Assembly: GCF_009914755.1 (NCBI RefSeq)
Contig: NC_060925.1
From: the human T2T-CHM13v2.0 reference genome, Homo sapiens
Reading direction: 5' to 3' (one strand)
Length of the DNA: 64,000 nt
In this document: in pieces, positions 1-16,072 of the stretch
Numbering within the stretch: position 1 is the stretch's first letter
Layout: each line of letters opens with the position of its first letter
Notes under the pieces: generated by a model
The model's input: the letters and a program-made list of their open reading frames with translations, nothing else
What the model was told of the DNA's origin: nothing
Databases searched by the model: none
Program-made: the position numbers and the translations under genes

Positions 1-753
1 TTACTTTGGCTGTTGCACTGGGAATAGTAGGAGGGTAAGGATAAAATTAGGGAGGCCAGCTAGGAAGCCATGGTAATAATCTAGACAGTAAATGCTTGCT
101 TAGACCAGGGCATAATAGAAGAAATGCTGAGAAGTAACCAGTTTTTGAAGGTAGAGTCAGTGGGATTTCTTGATGGACTGGATATACGGTGTGAGAAAAA
201 GAGAAGTCAAGAATGACCATGCTTTTTGCTGGAGCAACTCAAAAGGTAGAGTTTTCATTAATTGGGATAGGTCAGAGAAATGACAGATCAAATGCTGACT
301 AGAAAAATAGCATGTTTGAATGCTGTTGGAATGATCCAACAGAGAGGAAAAAATTAACGATGCAGTAAAGAAGAGAGAATATCTGTAATCAAATAATGAA
401 AGTAGAATCTAGTGCATATATGGAGATAGTCATAGGCAGAGATTTGGATGGTCCATCTACAGAAGCACTAGGGAAGGAAGAGTATATGGTACATAAGCTG
501 GTGAGTTTGCATTGAGATAATGGGAACTGGCAGAATTTCTCTTTTGATTGTTTCTATTTTCTCAGTGAAATATGATACAATTTGTCATTTGAGAATAAGG
601 ATGTGGGAAGAAGCATGGGAGGTCTCAGGAGAGAGGAGAGAAGTATGAAATTGTCATCTAGAAGGGTAAGAAAGTGAATGAACCATGGAAAGGCAGTAGT
701 ATTACTGGGTTCATTTGAGATTCAAAGTCATTAATGAAAAATGATTCCTGTCA
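1..753 (-). mobile_element. Old L2 LINE fragment, interrupted by THE1
   Basis: Purine-rich L2-type text (gatggactggatatacggtgtgagaaaaagagaagtcaagaatgac). Confidence 0.65.
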
Positions 754-758
754 GCATG

Positions 759-3000
759 CATATTAGTCCATTCTCACACTGCTATGAAGAAATACCCAAG
801 ACTGGGTAATTTATAAAGAAAAGAGGTTTAATTGACTTACAGTTCCACATGGCTGGGGAGGCCTCAGGAAACTTACAATATGGTGGAAGGCACCTCTTCA
901 CAGGATGGCACAAGAGAGAATGAGTGCAAGCAGGGGAAATTCCAGATGCTTATAAAACCATCAGATCTCATGACACTTACTCACTATCATGAGAACAGCA
1001 TGGGGGAAACTGCCCCATGATCCAATTACCTCCACCTGGTCCCACCCTTGACACATGGGGATTATAATGCAAGGTGAGATTTGGGTGGGGAACAGAGCCA
1101 AATCATATTATTCTGCCCCTGGCCTCTCCCAAATCTCATGTTCTCACATTTCAAAACACAATCATGCCCTTCCAACAGTCCCCCAAAGTCTTAACTCATT
1201 ACAGCATTAACCCAAAAGTCCAAGTCCAAAGTCTCCTCTGAGTCAAGGCAAGTCCCTTTCATCTATGAGCCCATAAAATCAAAAGCAAGTTAGTTACTTC
1301 CTAGGTACAATGAGGGTACCAGCATTGGGTAAATACACCCATTCCAAACGGGATAAATTGGCCAAAACAAAGGGTCTATAGGCCCCATGCATTTCCAAAA
1401 TCCAATAGGGCAGTCATTAAACCTTAAAGTTCCAAAATGATCTCCTTTGACTCCATGTCTCACATCCAGGATGCAAGAGGTAGGCTCTGATGGCCTTGGG
1501 CAGCTCTGCCTCTGTGGCTTTGCAGGGTACAGCCTCCCTCCAGGTTGCTTTCAAGGTCTGGTGTTGAGTGTCTGCAGCTTTTCCAGGCCCACAGTGCAAG
1601 ATGTTGGTGGATCTACCGTTCTGGTGTCTGGAGGATGGTGACCCTCTTCTCACAGCTTCACTAGGTAGTGCCCCAGTGGGGACTCTGTGTGGGGGTTCCC
1701 ACCCCTCATTTCCCTTCTGCACTGCCTTAGCAGAGGTTCTCCATGAGGGCTACACCCCTGCAGCAAACTTCTGCCTGGACATCCAGGCATTTCCATGTAT
1801 CCTCTGAAATCTAGGTGGAGGTTCTTAAACCTCAATTCTTGACTTCTCTGCATCCACAGGCTCAACACCACATAGAAGCCACCAAGTCTTGGGGTTTGCA
1901 TCCTTTGAGGCAATGGCCTGAGCTGTACCTTGGCCTGTCTTAGCCATGGCTGGAGCTGAAGCAGTTGGGACACTGGGCACCATGTCCTGAGGCTGCACAG
2001 AGCAGGGAGCCCTGGGGGTGGCCCACAAAACCATTTTTCCTTCCTAGGCCTCCTAGTCTGTGATGGGAGGGGCTGCCACAAAGGTCTCTGACACGTCCTG
2101 AAGACATTTTCCCCATTGTCTTGGTGATTAACATTTTGGCTCCTCTTTACTTATGTAAATTTCTGTAGTGGACTTGAATTTCTCCCCCAGAAAATGGATT
2201 TCTCTTTTCTAGCCCATCATCAGGCTGCAAATTTTTCAAACTTTTATGTTTTGCTCCCTCTTGAATGCTTTGTCACCTAGAAATGTCTTCTGTCAGATAC
2301 CTTAAATCATCTCTCTCAAGTTCAAAGTTCCACAGATCTCTAGGGGGCCACCAGTCTCTTTGCTAAAGCATAGCAAGAGTCACCTTTACTCCAGTTCCCC
2401 AAAAGTTCCTCATCTCCATCTAAGACCTCCTCAGCCTGGACTGCATTGTCCATATCACTATCAGCATTTTGGTCAAAACCATTCCACGAGTCTCTAGGAA
2501 GTTCCAAACTTTCCTGTATCTTCCTGTCTTCTAAGCCCTCCATACTCTTTGAACCTCTGCCTGTTACCCAGTTCCAAAGTCATTTTAATATTTTTGGGTA
2601 TCTTTACAGCAGCACCCCACTACTCCTGGTACCAATTTACTATATTAGTCTGTTCTCATGCTGCTATGAAGAAATACTGGAGACTGGGTAATTTATAAAG
2701 AAAAGAGGTTTAATTAACTCATAGTTCCACATTGCTAAGGAGGCCTCTGGAAACTTACAATCATGGCAGAAGGCACCTCTTCATGGGGCAGCAGGCGAGA
2801 TAATGAGTGCAAGCAGGGGAAATACCAGGCACTTATAAAACCATCAGATCTTGTGAGACTCACTATCATGAGAACAGCATGGGGGAAACAACTCCCGTGA
2901 TACAATTACTTCCACCTGGTCCCACTCTCAACACCTGGGGATTATGGGGATTACAATTTGAGGTGAGATTTGGGTGGCGACACAGAGCCAAATCATATTA
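759..3000 (-). mobile_element. Complete THE1 (THE1C/D-like) MaLR provirus: LTR 759-1110, internal 1111-2640, LTR 2641-3000
   Basis: Two homologous ~355-bp LTRs around ~1.5 kb of THE1 internal sequence; 5-bp TSD GCATG at 754-758 and 3001-3005. Confidence 0.93.
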
Positions 3001-3005
3001 GCATG

Positions 3006-4270
<1,265 letters not shown>

Positions 4271-7055
4271 GACATACCTTTATGACAGACCCTCGGTGGA
4301 GCCTGATGAAAATAATGGCATTTTCGTATGTAAGATACTGATTATTAATGATGGTGTGAGAAAATTCTTTCCCTCACTTTCTTCTAACTATTACTGTTTT
4401 CCACAAACCAGGTCTCTGCCTGCGGCAAGTAGTGTGTACCAGTTCTTTGCTCTGTAAAATGGAGCCAGCTCCTGGAACAGAAAGGGAAAGCAGATAATAA
4501 AGGGGCCCTCAGTCAACGAATACTGCAGAATTAGACATAGCCCTTAGCCTACTCTCTAGCCAACTGCCCTGAAGGGGGACTCTGATTTTCTCCCTCTGTT
4601 TGGGTGGAGGTACTGGGGTACTTTTGGAGTAGGAAAGAAAAATCTTTGACAGGCCCATTTTAACTGCAGGAGACTTGGCGCTGGAAAACTGTCCCATCTC
4701 ACTGCAGTGTTAGCCCCTTTGGATTGTGAGAGAAATTGTGTCAGTGGATGGAGGATCATCACCAACACTCCACCAGCCAGACTCTTCTCTAACCAGCTAT
4801 CAATGAAGATTGGTTTTAAAAAGTAAAAAAGAAAGAAAGAAAATGAATTTCTACTAGGAGCGATGATAAATGGCTCTTCTGAAACTTGTGCGTACTCACA
4901 GGAAACAGAATTGTTTTCTGGCTCCTGTCATGGCCTCCTTGGTGGAGATGTCATTTTGCCGATGTCAATGGCTTACAGGGGACTCTCAGTGCTCGTGTGT
5001 GTGTCGGAAATTCTCATTCTGTAGCAGGGAATAAGTAGCGCATGTCTTAATGGAATCAGAGACATCATATCCACTAGAATTAGAGCTCAGTCTTCTCAGT
5101 TCAATTTTTGTTTTTCAGAACATATTTCTTCAGCAATAACCTGTTTTCTGGCAACTTTCACCAATTTTAAAAAATAAAATTGTGTAAGAGGAAGATGGCT
5201 TCAAGCCTGCCTATTACTATTTGAATTTTCTCTTTCTATTTTCTCAGCATGTATCTGCCAACATTTACACTCCTAAAGTCAAATTATGTTGTGACAGAAG
5301 AAAAAGAGAAAAGAAAATTTCCTCATGTTACTTGAGAATGAGGAGATTTCGAGGGTCATCAAGGGAAGCATGGAGACTTTTATCAGAGTGACTAGTGCAT
5401 GACTAGTGTAGTGGTAACATCTAGGGTCTGTAGTTTGACGTTTTTTCCAGGTTCAGCTATGGGGCTTTGGGATATTGACTTTTCACAAAGAGTTGGTCTT
5501 TGACAGATTTGATGAAGAACTAGTTTTCAGATCTGCAAATACTTTTCAAAGTCAAATGAGAAAGATAGCCAGGAGGAAGGTCAGCAGGCTGAAGACACAG
5601 GATAGGAACTCTGCTGAGACAGATACTAAGGAAAGTCTAAACAAGAGGCCTCTACAGGAAGGGGGCATTTTGGGGAATCCTTGGCTGCAGAAATATTGGA
5701 TTCCTTTGCATAGTTTTGCTTGAGAATCTGGAAATTAGACTTGTCCCTGGCTACTGTGATCTATTTTAAGCCCTTTTCAGCAGTATAAGAAGAACAACAA
5801 AAGTTATAAAGGAATTAAGCTTAATTGTATTTTCTCCATCAAAGCCAATCTTAGCCCGTTTTTGCCTCTTTGTAGCTTACTGCTTCCTGGATGTCATCAC
5901 ATATTTGTGAAAACTTATCTTGCTTTCCATTACAGTATCATGTTTGATTTCTGCTGAATTGTTACTTTCAATGGCACACTCTGGTTATTTCTGGGCTCTT
6001 CCTGAGAGCAAAATATTCCACAATCCTAATTTATCAGATGAAAGGAATCCTAAAATTGATGATATACATGAGTAGTAAGTTATCTGAAAATATTTTTATT
6101 ACCTAGATCTTTATCACATAATTCATTTTAAAATTACAGTTAATCTAGAAAACACCCTTTGGTAATTAACAAAATGTATTTACAATCTCTATTTAGGTTT
6201 GAATAGTTATAAGTAAAACATCTAATAGTCATTCAGTGCCATGCATGCAGTTCACAGAATATTTTAGTGTTCATTATTTATTTGATTTCACAAAAGTTCT
6301 ATGAATAAGAACAGACATTAATATGCTCATTTTACTGATGAAATTAAGGCCTAGGATGGTGAATCTTACAGCCAGTAGGAATTTGAATCCCAGTCTGCTG
6401 AGTCTAAGCCATGGAAATTGAAATAATTTATGTAAAGATAAAACCTGCTTTTGTTCATAAGCATGTTCAGGGCAATCATTTACCATGCATTTTCCAATCT
6501 CCATATTAGGTTGGCAAAGGTTGATAGTATATGTTACCGGGTTGAAGGTTTTGTGAGGACGATCCAAGTATGGCCTATTGGAGCACATTAGGGAGCAGTT
6601 CTGGTAGCTCTTACCTGTAGGGCATTGGTTAAGTCCATGAATAGCTCTGATTTGTCTCAGTTTTCTTAAGTGTAGAATAGGAATGCTACTGCTACCTACC
6701 TGTTAGTCATTACTTCAAAGGAAGTTGAGTTGATCTAATGAAATAACTGATGTGAAAATAGTTTGTGGATGGAAGGAAGTATTCAGGAGCTGGGGATGTT
6801 GCTCATCACAACCATCTTGGACAAAAGGTCTAGGAGGGAGGAAAGTGGGATTCAACTGGGCTTCATGTGCATACTTAGGGGATGAGTTTTTCTAAGGTTT
6901 ATATTTCTCCTGTAAAAATGAAAGAGAGGAGACTATGTGAAATAGGCAAAATTTGACTTAGAACACTCTCTGGGGTGTCTCTCAGACCCTCTCCACTCTT
7001 GTCTCTCTCTGCCCCACTCCTAGAACTTCCTTCCATAGCTGATACTGCTGGATAG

Positions 7056-7071
7056 TTCTTTTCTTTCTTTT

Positions 7072-7115
<44 letters not shown>

Positions 7116-7444
7116 TCCTTTCTTTCTTTCTGTCTTTTTTTTTTTTTTTTTTTTTTTGATGGAGTCTCACTCTGTTGCCTGGCTGGAGTGCAGTGACATG
7201 ATCTTGGTTCACTGCAACCTCTGCCTTTCGGGTTCAAGTGATTCTCATGCCTCAGCCTCCCAAGTAGCTGGGATTAAAATTAGCCGGGTGCCCGCTACCA
7301 TGTTCAGCTAATTTTTGTATTTTTAGTAGAGGTGGGGTTTCACCATGTTGGCCAGGCTGGTCTCAAACTCCTGGCCTCAAGTGATCCGCCCGCCTCGGCC
7401 TCCCAAAGTGCTGGGATTAAAGGCGTGAACCACCGTGGTCAGCC
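7056..7444 (-). mobile_element. AluS with (TTTC)n-expanded tail
   Basis: Antisense Alu body 7158-7444; tail is a T-run plus (TTTC)n at 7056-7131. Confidence 0.93.
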
Positions 7445-7487
7445 TGGAAAGTAACTTTTTCTAAGAGATAGTTGATAGTGATTTGAG

Positions 7488-7789
7488 GTTTTTTTTTTTT
7501 TTTTTTACAAGGCAGACTCTCGCTCTGTCTTCCAAACTGGAGTGCAGTGGCGTGATCAGCTCACTACAGCCTTGACTTCCTGGCCTCAAGAGAACCTCCA
7601 GCCTCAGCCCCTCAAGATAACTGGAACTACAGGCATGTACCACCACACCTGGTTAATTTTTGTATTTTTTTGTAGAGGGAGATTTTGCCATGTTGCCTAG
7701 GGTGGCCTTGAACTCCTGGACTCAAGCGATCCACCCACCTTGGCCTCCCAAGGTGCTGGGATTACAAGTGTTAGCTGCTATGCCTGGCT
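7488..7789 (-). mobile_element. AluJ
   Basis: Diverged antisense Alu with J-type gctcactacagccttgac and gactcaagcgatcc. Confidence 0.9.
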
Positions 7790-8049
7790 AGGCTTGAAGT
7801 CTTACTCTCCTCTTCTTCAAGTGATGTTTTCCCATCAACATAATACTCAGAGATTCCATAAAAATGACTCTACATTAGTAGAATTGTGGAGTCATTGGAA
7901 GCTTCTTGGAGTGGGTGGGAATATTTTTGTTTTGAACTCTCAAAACGTAGCCTGATTATGGCTGCCTATTACCAAGATTCTCCCCAGATTGAGACTGTCA
8001 TACTCTGTATTATCATTACATGCCATATGAGAGTGTATCATAAATCCCA

Positions 8050-8320
8050 AAGGTTATTTTTATTAAAGTGTAATATACATAATATAAAATGCACCATTTA
8101 AAACAATGTACAGTTTGATGAGTTTGGACAAACATACCCAACCATATAACCAGTACCACAGACAAGATAAGAGTTTCCACATGCCTCCTTACAATCAATC
8201 CTCTGTCCCCACCCTTGGCCCAGCTGCTTTCTGTCATTATAGATTAGTTCTGCTTTCTCTGGAATGTCGTATAGATGGATTCATACAATTTGTAATATTT
8301 TGTGTCTTGCTTATTGTGCC
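8050..8320 (-). mobile_element. Old L1M (MC/ME-type) 3' fragment
   Basis: taatatacataatataaaatgcaccatttaaaacaatgtacagtttgatgagtttggacaaac motif. Confidence 0.6.
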
Positions 8321-8528
8321 ATAGATTATGACATAGGCTTTAAGCAAACAAAATTCATCTCGTGTACCTACTCCCTGTATGAACTATACATTTACAGAGA
8401 ATCTGCAGTTTAGTATACTGAATGCATACTTGGCTAACAATAGTCCATGTGACCATGGTAGCCTGGGTGTGTGGCATTCTGCTGTTCAAGTCAGAAAGAA
8501 ATGTTTCCAATTAAAAAATCTTGGATGT

Positions 8529-8990
<462 letters not shown>

Positions 8991-10187
8991 TGATTCAATC
9001 AAATGGCATTTATTTTATTTTTTAAATTATAGAAATAATACATACTTATTGTAGAAAGTTGGGAAATAAAAGGAAAAGCACAATAAATCTTTTTCCATAT
9101 TATCTCATAGAGAATAACATTTAATTTCTTGGTACATTTATTTCTAGGTTTTTTTTTTCTAGACAGTTTTTTATATAGCTATGATAATACTATGTATACA
9201 ATTTTGTACTCTTTTCTCATTTACTATTTTACTTACTTCAGTTCCATGTCATTGAAAACTTCATGAACATAATTTTAAATGGGCATTTATAGTTTGCCTA
9301 ATATATAGATATAGAGATAGAGATATAGATTGATATAGAAAGAGGGTTTCATTGTTCAAAAAAATGAGATTTATAAAGCACTAGAGATGTTCCCTTTAAA
9401 GGGACCCTGTATGGGTCTTGTTTTCCATCAGTATGTATGGATTATGCTTACAACAGAACACAGCTATACCTACTTGATAGAAAAAATGCACAAACTGGCT
9501 GCTAAGAGGGTTCTTCCTAACCCTTTTTTCTTAACACCTTAAGTTGCCTACTGGAATTTTCTACCCTGCATGTGTGCTGATTTATTCATACTTCAGTGAG
9601 ACTACTGCTGAGTTTCCATCTGTCGAATGTCAAATGGACAGAAGTGATTGGGATAGGAGACCAGAGTTATGTTACTTCCTGATGGTAGCTGATGAAGAAT
9701 ATGGGCAATAAAGTTCGGAGTCTTTGCCTTCTGAAGGAGAGTAGCCTTGAAAGACATAAGTGTCAACCATAATGGCTACAGTATTGAAAGTCTGTGTGTC
9801 TGCATTGGATGTTCACTGAGCTTAATGGAACTCAAAAGACACCTGCAGATAGGCTGATTTGCAGTAAGATCTCAAATACATCCAAGAGAAAACCTTTGGA
9901 GAAAGAACTGAAGGACCTGAATAGGTCCTAAATTGTATATGGAGTAACAATGTTACTTTCCCAGTGATACAATGGACATGAAAAATGCTTAAAAATTCGG
10001 TTCGGTTCTGCTTCATAAATATTTATTGAGCTGGCCACTGTGTGAAATACATGAGATGTGACTCTGCAGTAATGGGACTGATTTTTTAAAAACACGGATT
10101 CCTAAATTCACATATTTGATTATGGGCTCTTCTTAGAGATTTTAAATATTTTTCCAGAGGTATTTTTACTACTCAAAAACTTTCTAA

Positions 10188-10530
<343 letters not shown>

Positions 10531-11087
10531 TCAACCTGCAGTGTATTTAAAAATTTATGTATATAATATGTATCTATGTGTGTGTGTGTATATATATATG
10601 TAATATAGATTTAAGTTTTGTAACTAGTAGGTGTTATTTAGTGTTAGTCTTATGAATGAGGTGGGAAATCAAGATGAGTAATACTCTATCTAAAATGAAG
10701 TATGACTGTAGATTACTGAGTCTGATTTTTTTCAGACTTGGTAAGGCTTTTCACTTTCAAAGGAGGAATTCCACTTGTATTGTGTGAAAAAGCAGCATTA
10801 TTACAATAAGTTTGTTGCTTTTCAAATGAACATGAAGGAAAATACTCATTTAGATATGTGTTCTGATGTGTTTATTAAAAGTTCTAACTCTGTGTATAGA
10901 GCCACACCTAGAAAAGGCTATGAACTTTTTGCTTGCTAGGAAAGTGGTGTGGAAACAAACATGAGAGCCTGAGAGCAGGAGCTGGCATCGATTACATGGT
11001 GCCGAAATAGGGCTGTGGTGATTGTGTGGTAGGTTAGGAAGCCAGGTGGCTGACTGGGCTCCCCTCTTCGATTTCACACATACCCTC

Positions 11088-11450
11088 TGTATTAGTCCAT
11101 TTTCATACTGCTGATAGGGACATACCAGAGACTGGGTAATTTATAAAGAAAAAGAGGTTTAATGAACTCACAGTTCCACGTGGGTAAGGAGGCCTCACAA
11201 TCATGGCAGAAGGCAAAAGCCATGTCTTACATGGCAGCCAACAAGAGAGAAATGAGAACCAAATGAAAGAGGTTTCCCCTTATAAAACCATCATATCTTG
11301 TGAGTCTTATTCACTACCACGAGAGCAGTATGGGGGAAACCATCCCCATGATTCAATTATCTCCCACTGTGTCTCTCCCACAACATACGGGAATTATGGG
11401 AGCTACAATTCAAGATTAGATTTGGGTGGGAACACAGCCATACCATATCA
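11088..11450 (-). mobile_element. THE1 (THE1B-like) solo LTR
   Basis: tgtattagtcc...ccatatca termini; TSD ccctc/ccctt. Confidence 0.9.
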
Positions 11451-12004
11451 CCCTTAAAGGTGAAAGTTTGTTTTTGTCAAAATTTTCCCTCTGCTTTTTC
11501 CCTTTAGGTTTTCTTTTGCTATTTCTTTTATCCATATTAGCTTATAAGAAAAGGTCTACATCACTGAAAGACCTTGAGTTGAGTGTTTTTGTGTGTGTTA
11601 GATTTCTCTTAATTCCGTGTCATCACAGTATTGATTCTAGAAATGGAAAGTAAAGAAGGAAAGCAATTGGCAAGAGTGTTTAGGATGGTTTCTTAAAGTA
11701 GGTGGGTGAAACTAATTTGAACTAAATTCTGGAGCATAGAGATGACAGGCATTGCTTCAGTGCACGTGAACTTTACATTTGTATAATGGCTATACATTTT
11801 TTGTCTAATGCATGGTAGCATTGTCTTCTACATTAGAATGCAAAATACTTAGGGCAAGGGCTAGTTCTCCTGATCCTTTGTACCTTACAGCATGTAGCAG
11901 AGTGCAGGATGTACTTATCAAGGCCCAGCTAAGCTTTCCATGACTCTCTCCTGACAGAGTTGTTACTCCTCGGGTTTCATCACATGTTTCTTTAAGCAAA
12001 CTCT

Positions 12005-12775
12005 ATGTCTTGGTCAGCATGGGCTGCTGTAACAAAATACCAAGGACTGGGTAGCTTAAACAACAGATATTTATTTCTCATAGTTCTGGAAGCTGAGATG
12101 TTTAAGATCAAGGTACTCATTGATTCTGTTCCTGATGAGGACTCTCCTGCCTTGTAGATGGCCACCTTCCTGCTGTGTCCTCACATGATGAGGAGGGCAG
12201 TGGAGGGGGAAGAGAGAGACAGAGAGATGGGAGGGGTGGGGGGAGCCAGCCAGCATGAGAGCTCTCTGATGTCTCCTCTTACAAGGCCACTAATCCTATT
12301 GAATCAGGGTTTCCTCCTTATGACTTCATTTAACCTTAATTGCTAATATAGTTTGGCTGTGTCCTCACTCAAAATCTCATCTTGAATTGTAATCCCCATA
12401 ATCCCCATGTGTCAAGGGTGGGACCAGGTGGAGGTGATTCAATCATGGAGGTGGTTTACTGCATGCTGTTCTCGTGATAGTGAGTGAGTTCTCATGAGAT
12501 CTGATGGTTTTATAAGTGTCTGGCATTTCCCCTGCTTCCACTCACTCAGTCCTGCCACCCCATGAAAAGGTACCTTTCACCATGATTGTAAGCTTCCTGA
12601 GGAATGTGGAACTGTGAGTCTATTAAACTTCTTTCCTTTATAAATTACGCGGTCTCAGGTATTTCTTCATAGCGTTGTGAGAACGGACTAATACAATTAC
12701 TTTCTCCAAATATAGCCACACTGGGGTTCAGGGTATCAACATATGAATTTGGGGGAGGCACAGTTCAGCCTATTG
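12005..12775 (-). mobile_element. MLT1A-like LTR interrupted by a THE1 LTR
   Basis: gggctgctgtaacaaaatacca...atttatttctcatagttctgga; resumes after 12700. Confidence 0.8.
12344..12695 (+). mobile_element. THE1C/D-like solo LTR nested in MLT1
   Basis: taatatagtttggctgtgtcc...ggactaataca; TSD attgc/attac. Confidence 0.88.
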
Positions 12776-12906
12776 TACCCTGGAACATATTATGTGTGTT
12801 GTAACAATTTGTTTATGTCTGCTGCCAGTGGACTGTGGTCTTCTCACGTGCTATGCACTGTGCCGGACATTGAGAATCACAAAGATGGATCCTGCCCTCA
12901 AGGAGT

Positions 12907-13640
<734 letters not shown>

Positions 13641-14564
13641 TGAAAGAGAGGGACATGTAAATTAGTGACTTAATGCAATATGCCAAGGGCAAGAATGAAA
13701 ATCTATTCAGGGTACATATATATATGTATATATGTGTATATATGAAAAGCATAGAGGAAAACGGTTGTTTGAGAAATGATGGTTGTAACTGAGGCACTGG
13801 CAGCAAGGATGGACAGAAAATGGCTTCTAGGAAGGTAGAATGGGTATTATTTGGGTACCAATTTGGTGTAGGGGATGAAGGAGAGAGAGGGAAAAATGAA
13901 GTGAGAATGACTTCCAGATTCTGGATTGGGATTGGGCAGGCTTGTCCCTGAGATAGGGAGCACACTATCTCTAGTGTGAGAATGTATTTATAGGATTCTT
14001 TGACTGCAAGTAAAAGAAATATGAGTTGAATTAGGTTAGGCAAAGAGGAGAATTTATTATAAGTTTATTGGCGGGGAGGTTGTACAAGGAACTGAGGACA
14101 GGATTACAGTTGGACATCAGACATGAACAAGATTGAGGATACAGGTACTATCCGGATCTTCCCTCTTCTTTCCCTGTGCTCCTCTCCTTGTGTCTTTTCA
14201 CTTTTCTCTTTCTCTGAAGATGAGCACTTCCCTTCTACTGGTGAAATCTTACTAACCATAGTTGCCAATGTTATTCCTCACTTATAGTTCAGTCACTCAG
14301 ACAAAGGCCAATCTCTCTCTCAATTGCATACTCCTGGGAAAAGGCTTTGATTGGTAAAGCTCAAGTCAGGTGCCCAATCTGGTGCACACAGCTATGGCCA
14401 GGGCTCAGTTTTTCTTCATGCCTTTCTATCTTCATGACTGCTCTGGCTACAACCATGCATTGGATGGAGTGTTTCTTAGAAAAGGTTTCCTGGGCAGACA
14501 TTCTAATAGAGATCCACTTCAGTGGAGATGCATTCAGTTTTATTTGTCTTTTTCTGCTGCTTTA

Positions 14565-14975
14565 AAAAAAAGTTGAGATGTAATGTACAGTAAAATGCAC
14601 ATCACTTAAAAGTTTAGTTTGAGGAGTTTTGACAAATGTATGCCCACATCCCAGTCAAGACATGGGACATTTCCATCACTCCAGAAAGTTTCCTCATGCC
14701 TCCTACAGTCAATCTCCACTCCTCAAAGACAACCACAGTTCCGATTTCTATTACCATAGAATAGCTTTGCTGGTTGTAGAACTTCACATACATGAAATCA
14801 AACCAATATGGTCTTTGGCCTTTTTCATTCTACATAATGTATCTGAGATTGTTGCTATATCAAAAGTCTTTTTTGTGGCAGAGATTATTTCACTATATAT
14901 ATATACCACGTTTGTTTATTCATTCACCTGTTGATAGACATTTGGGTTGTTTTCAGGTTTTTTGACATTATGAAC
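14565..14975 (-). mobile_element. Old L1M 3' fragment
   Basis: gtacagtaaaatgcac...ttttgacaaatgta...cattcacctgttgatagacatttgggttgttttcag. Confidence 0.7.
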
Positions 14976-15995
14976 ATTTTAATATGTCTTTTTAGAGTTA
15001 GAAGGAACTGTACATTAAATGCTGAGATTACAAAAGATGACTTCAGTTTTGAATAAATTGAGTCTGTAGTACTTGTAGGACACTCAGGTAGTATTCTGGG
15101 CTCCTCTTGGAGTACAGTCTAAGTTGCAGAAGAGAGACAGGGTCTAGCAATGTAAATTTCTGTAGTCGCCAGCCTTGATTCAGAGTTAAAGCTATGGGAA
15201 AGTCCTCAGGCAGAGGACAAACATTAGACAAGAAAATGCCCATATATGAAACCCTGCGAAGCATCAGTATTTGAGGAGCAGACTAAAAAGGAACCGTCTG
15301 TGGAGGCTAAGAGAAGCATGGCCATTTATCTTTGTGTCCCGATCATCAGGCACAGGACCCCACACACAGTCACTTCTCAATGTGCTAAATTTCACAGAAT
15401 GCGTCCAGGGTACCTGGTTCTGGATAGATCCGGTAGAAGGAGATAGACCGGGAGGGCAAATGGCATGAGGAGTCTCACAGGCCAGAGTGATTAAAGGGGT
15501 GTATCGGGGCGGTAAACCCTACAGACTCTACCTGTGCTTATGCGGGGCTGGGGAGGACGAGTCATTACAGATGAAGAATTAAGTAAGGTCAGACCACTCA
15601 GGGCCTTAGATGGATGTCACATTGAAGAATTTAGACTCCAACAGGCCTGCCACCCTGGGAGGAGTCATCGCGGATTCTGGAGAAGGGCGTGACAGAGGAG
15701 ATTTCCTTTCGGGAAGTGTAGTCTGGCAGCGGTGCCCCGGTGGTGGCGGCGGCGGTGCTGCTGTTGCTGGTGATCGTGTGGTGGTGTTAGCGGCGATAGT
15801 GCTTTCCACTGGGCTTTGGCTTGGTAGCCGCTGAAAGAGAACAACGCTGCCGCTGCTGCTGATTTCATGCCATTTCCTGACCCGGCGCTGTAACTTGGCC
15901 TCTGAGCCTTGGCCACAGAACGCAGAGGCCGTGGCATCTGGCCGCAGCTGGGCTGCAGTGCGTGCGCGCCTGGCCTGGTGGTCCGATGGGAAGCC

Positions 15996-16072
15996 CGGGG
16001 CGGGGCAGCCGCGGGGCGGGGGCGGGGCGTCGCGGAGATAGGCCACGCCCCTGCCCGCCCGCGCAGGCGCGC
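15996..16072 (+). promoter_or_regulatory. TATA-less core promoter: tandem SP/KLF GC boxes and an NRF1-like site
   Basis: GGGGCGGGGC repeats (15997-16028), GGCCACGCCC (16041-16050) and GCGCAGGCGC (16061-16070), ~180-250 bp upstream of the ATG. Confidence 0.7.

Noticed and set aside
832-3001. ORF cluster in the first 3 kb
   Set aside because: All lie inside the THE1 MaLR element; short and fragmented.
4564-4582. CTCF-like ccctgaagggggactc
   Set aside because: Misses several core positions of the motif.
6899-7237. Lys/Glu/Arg-rich ORFs
   Set aside because: Translation of the (TTTC)n Alu tail.
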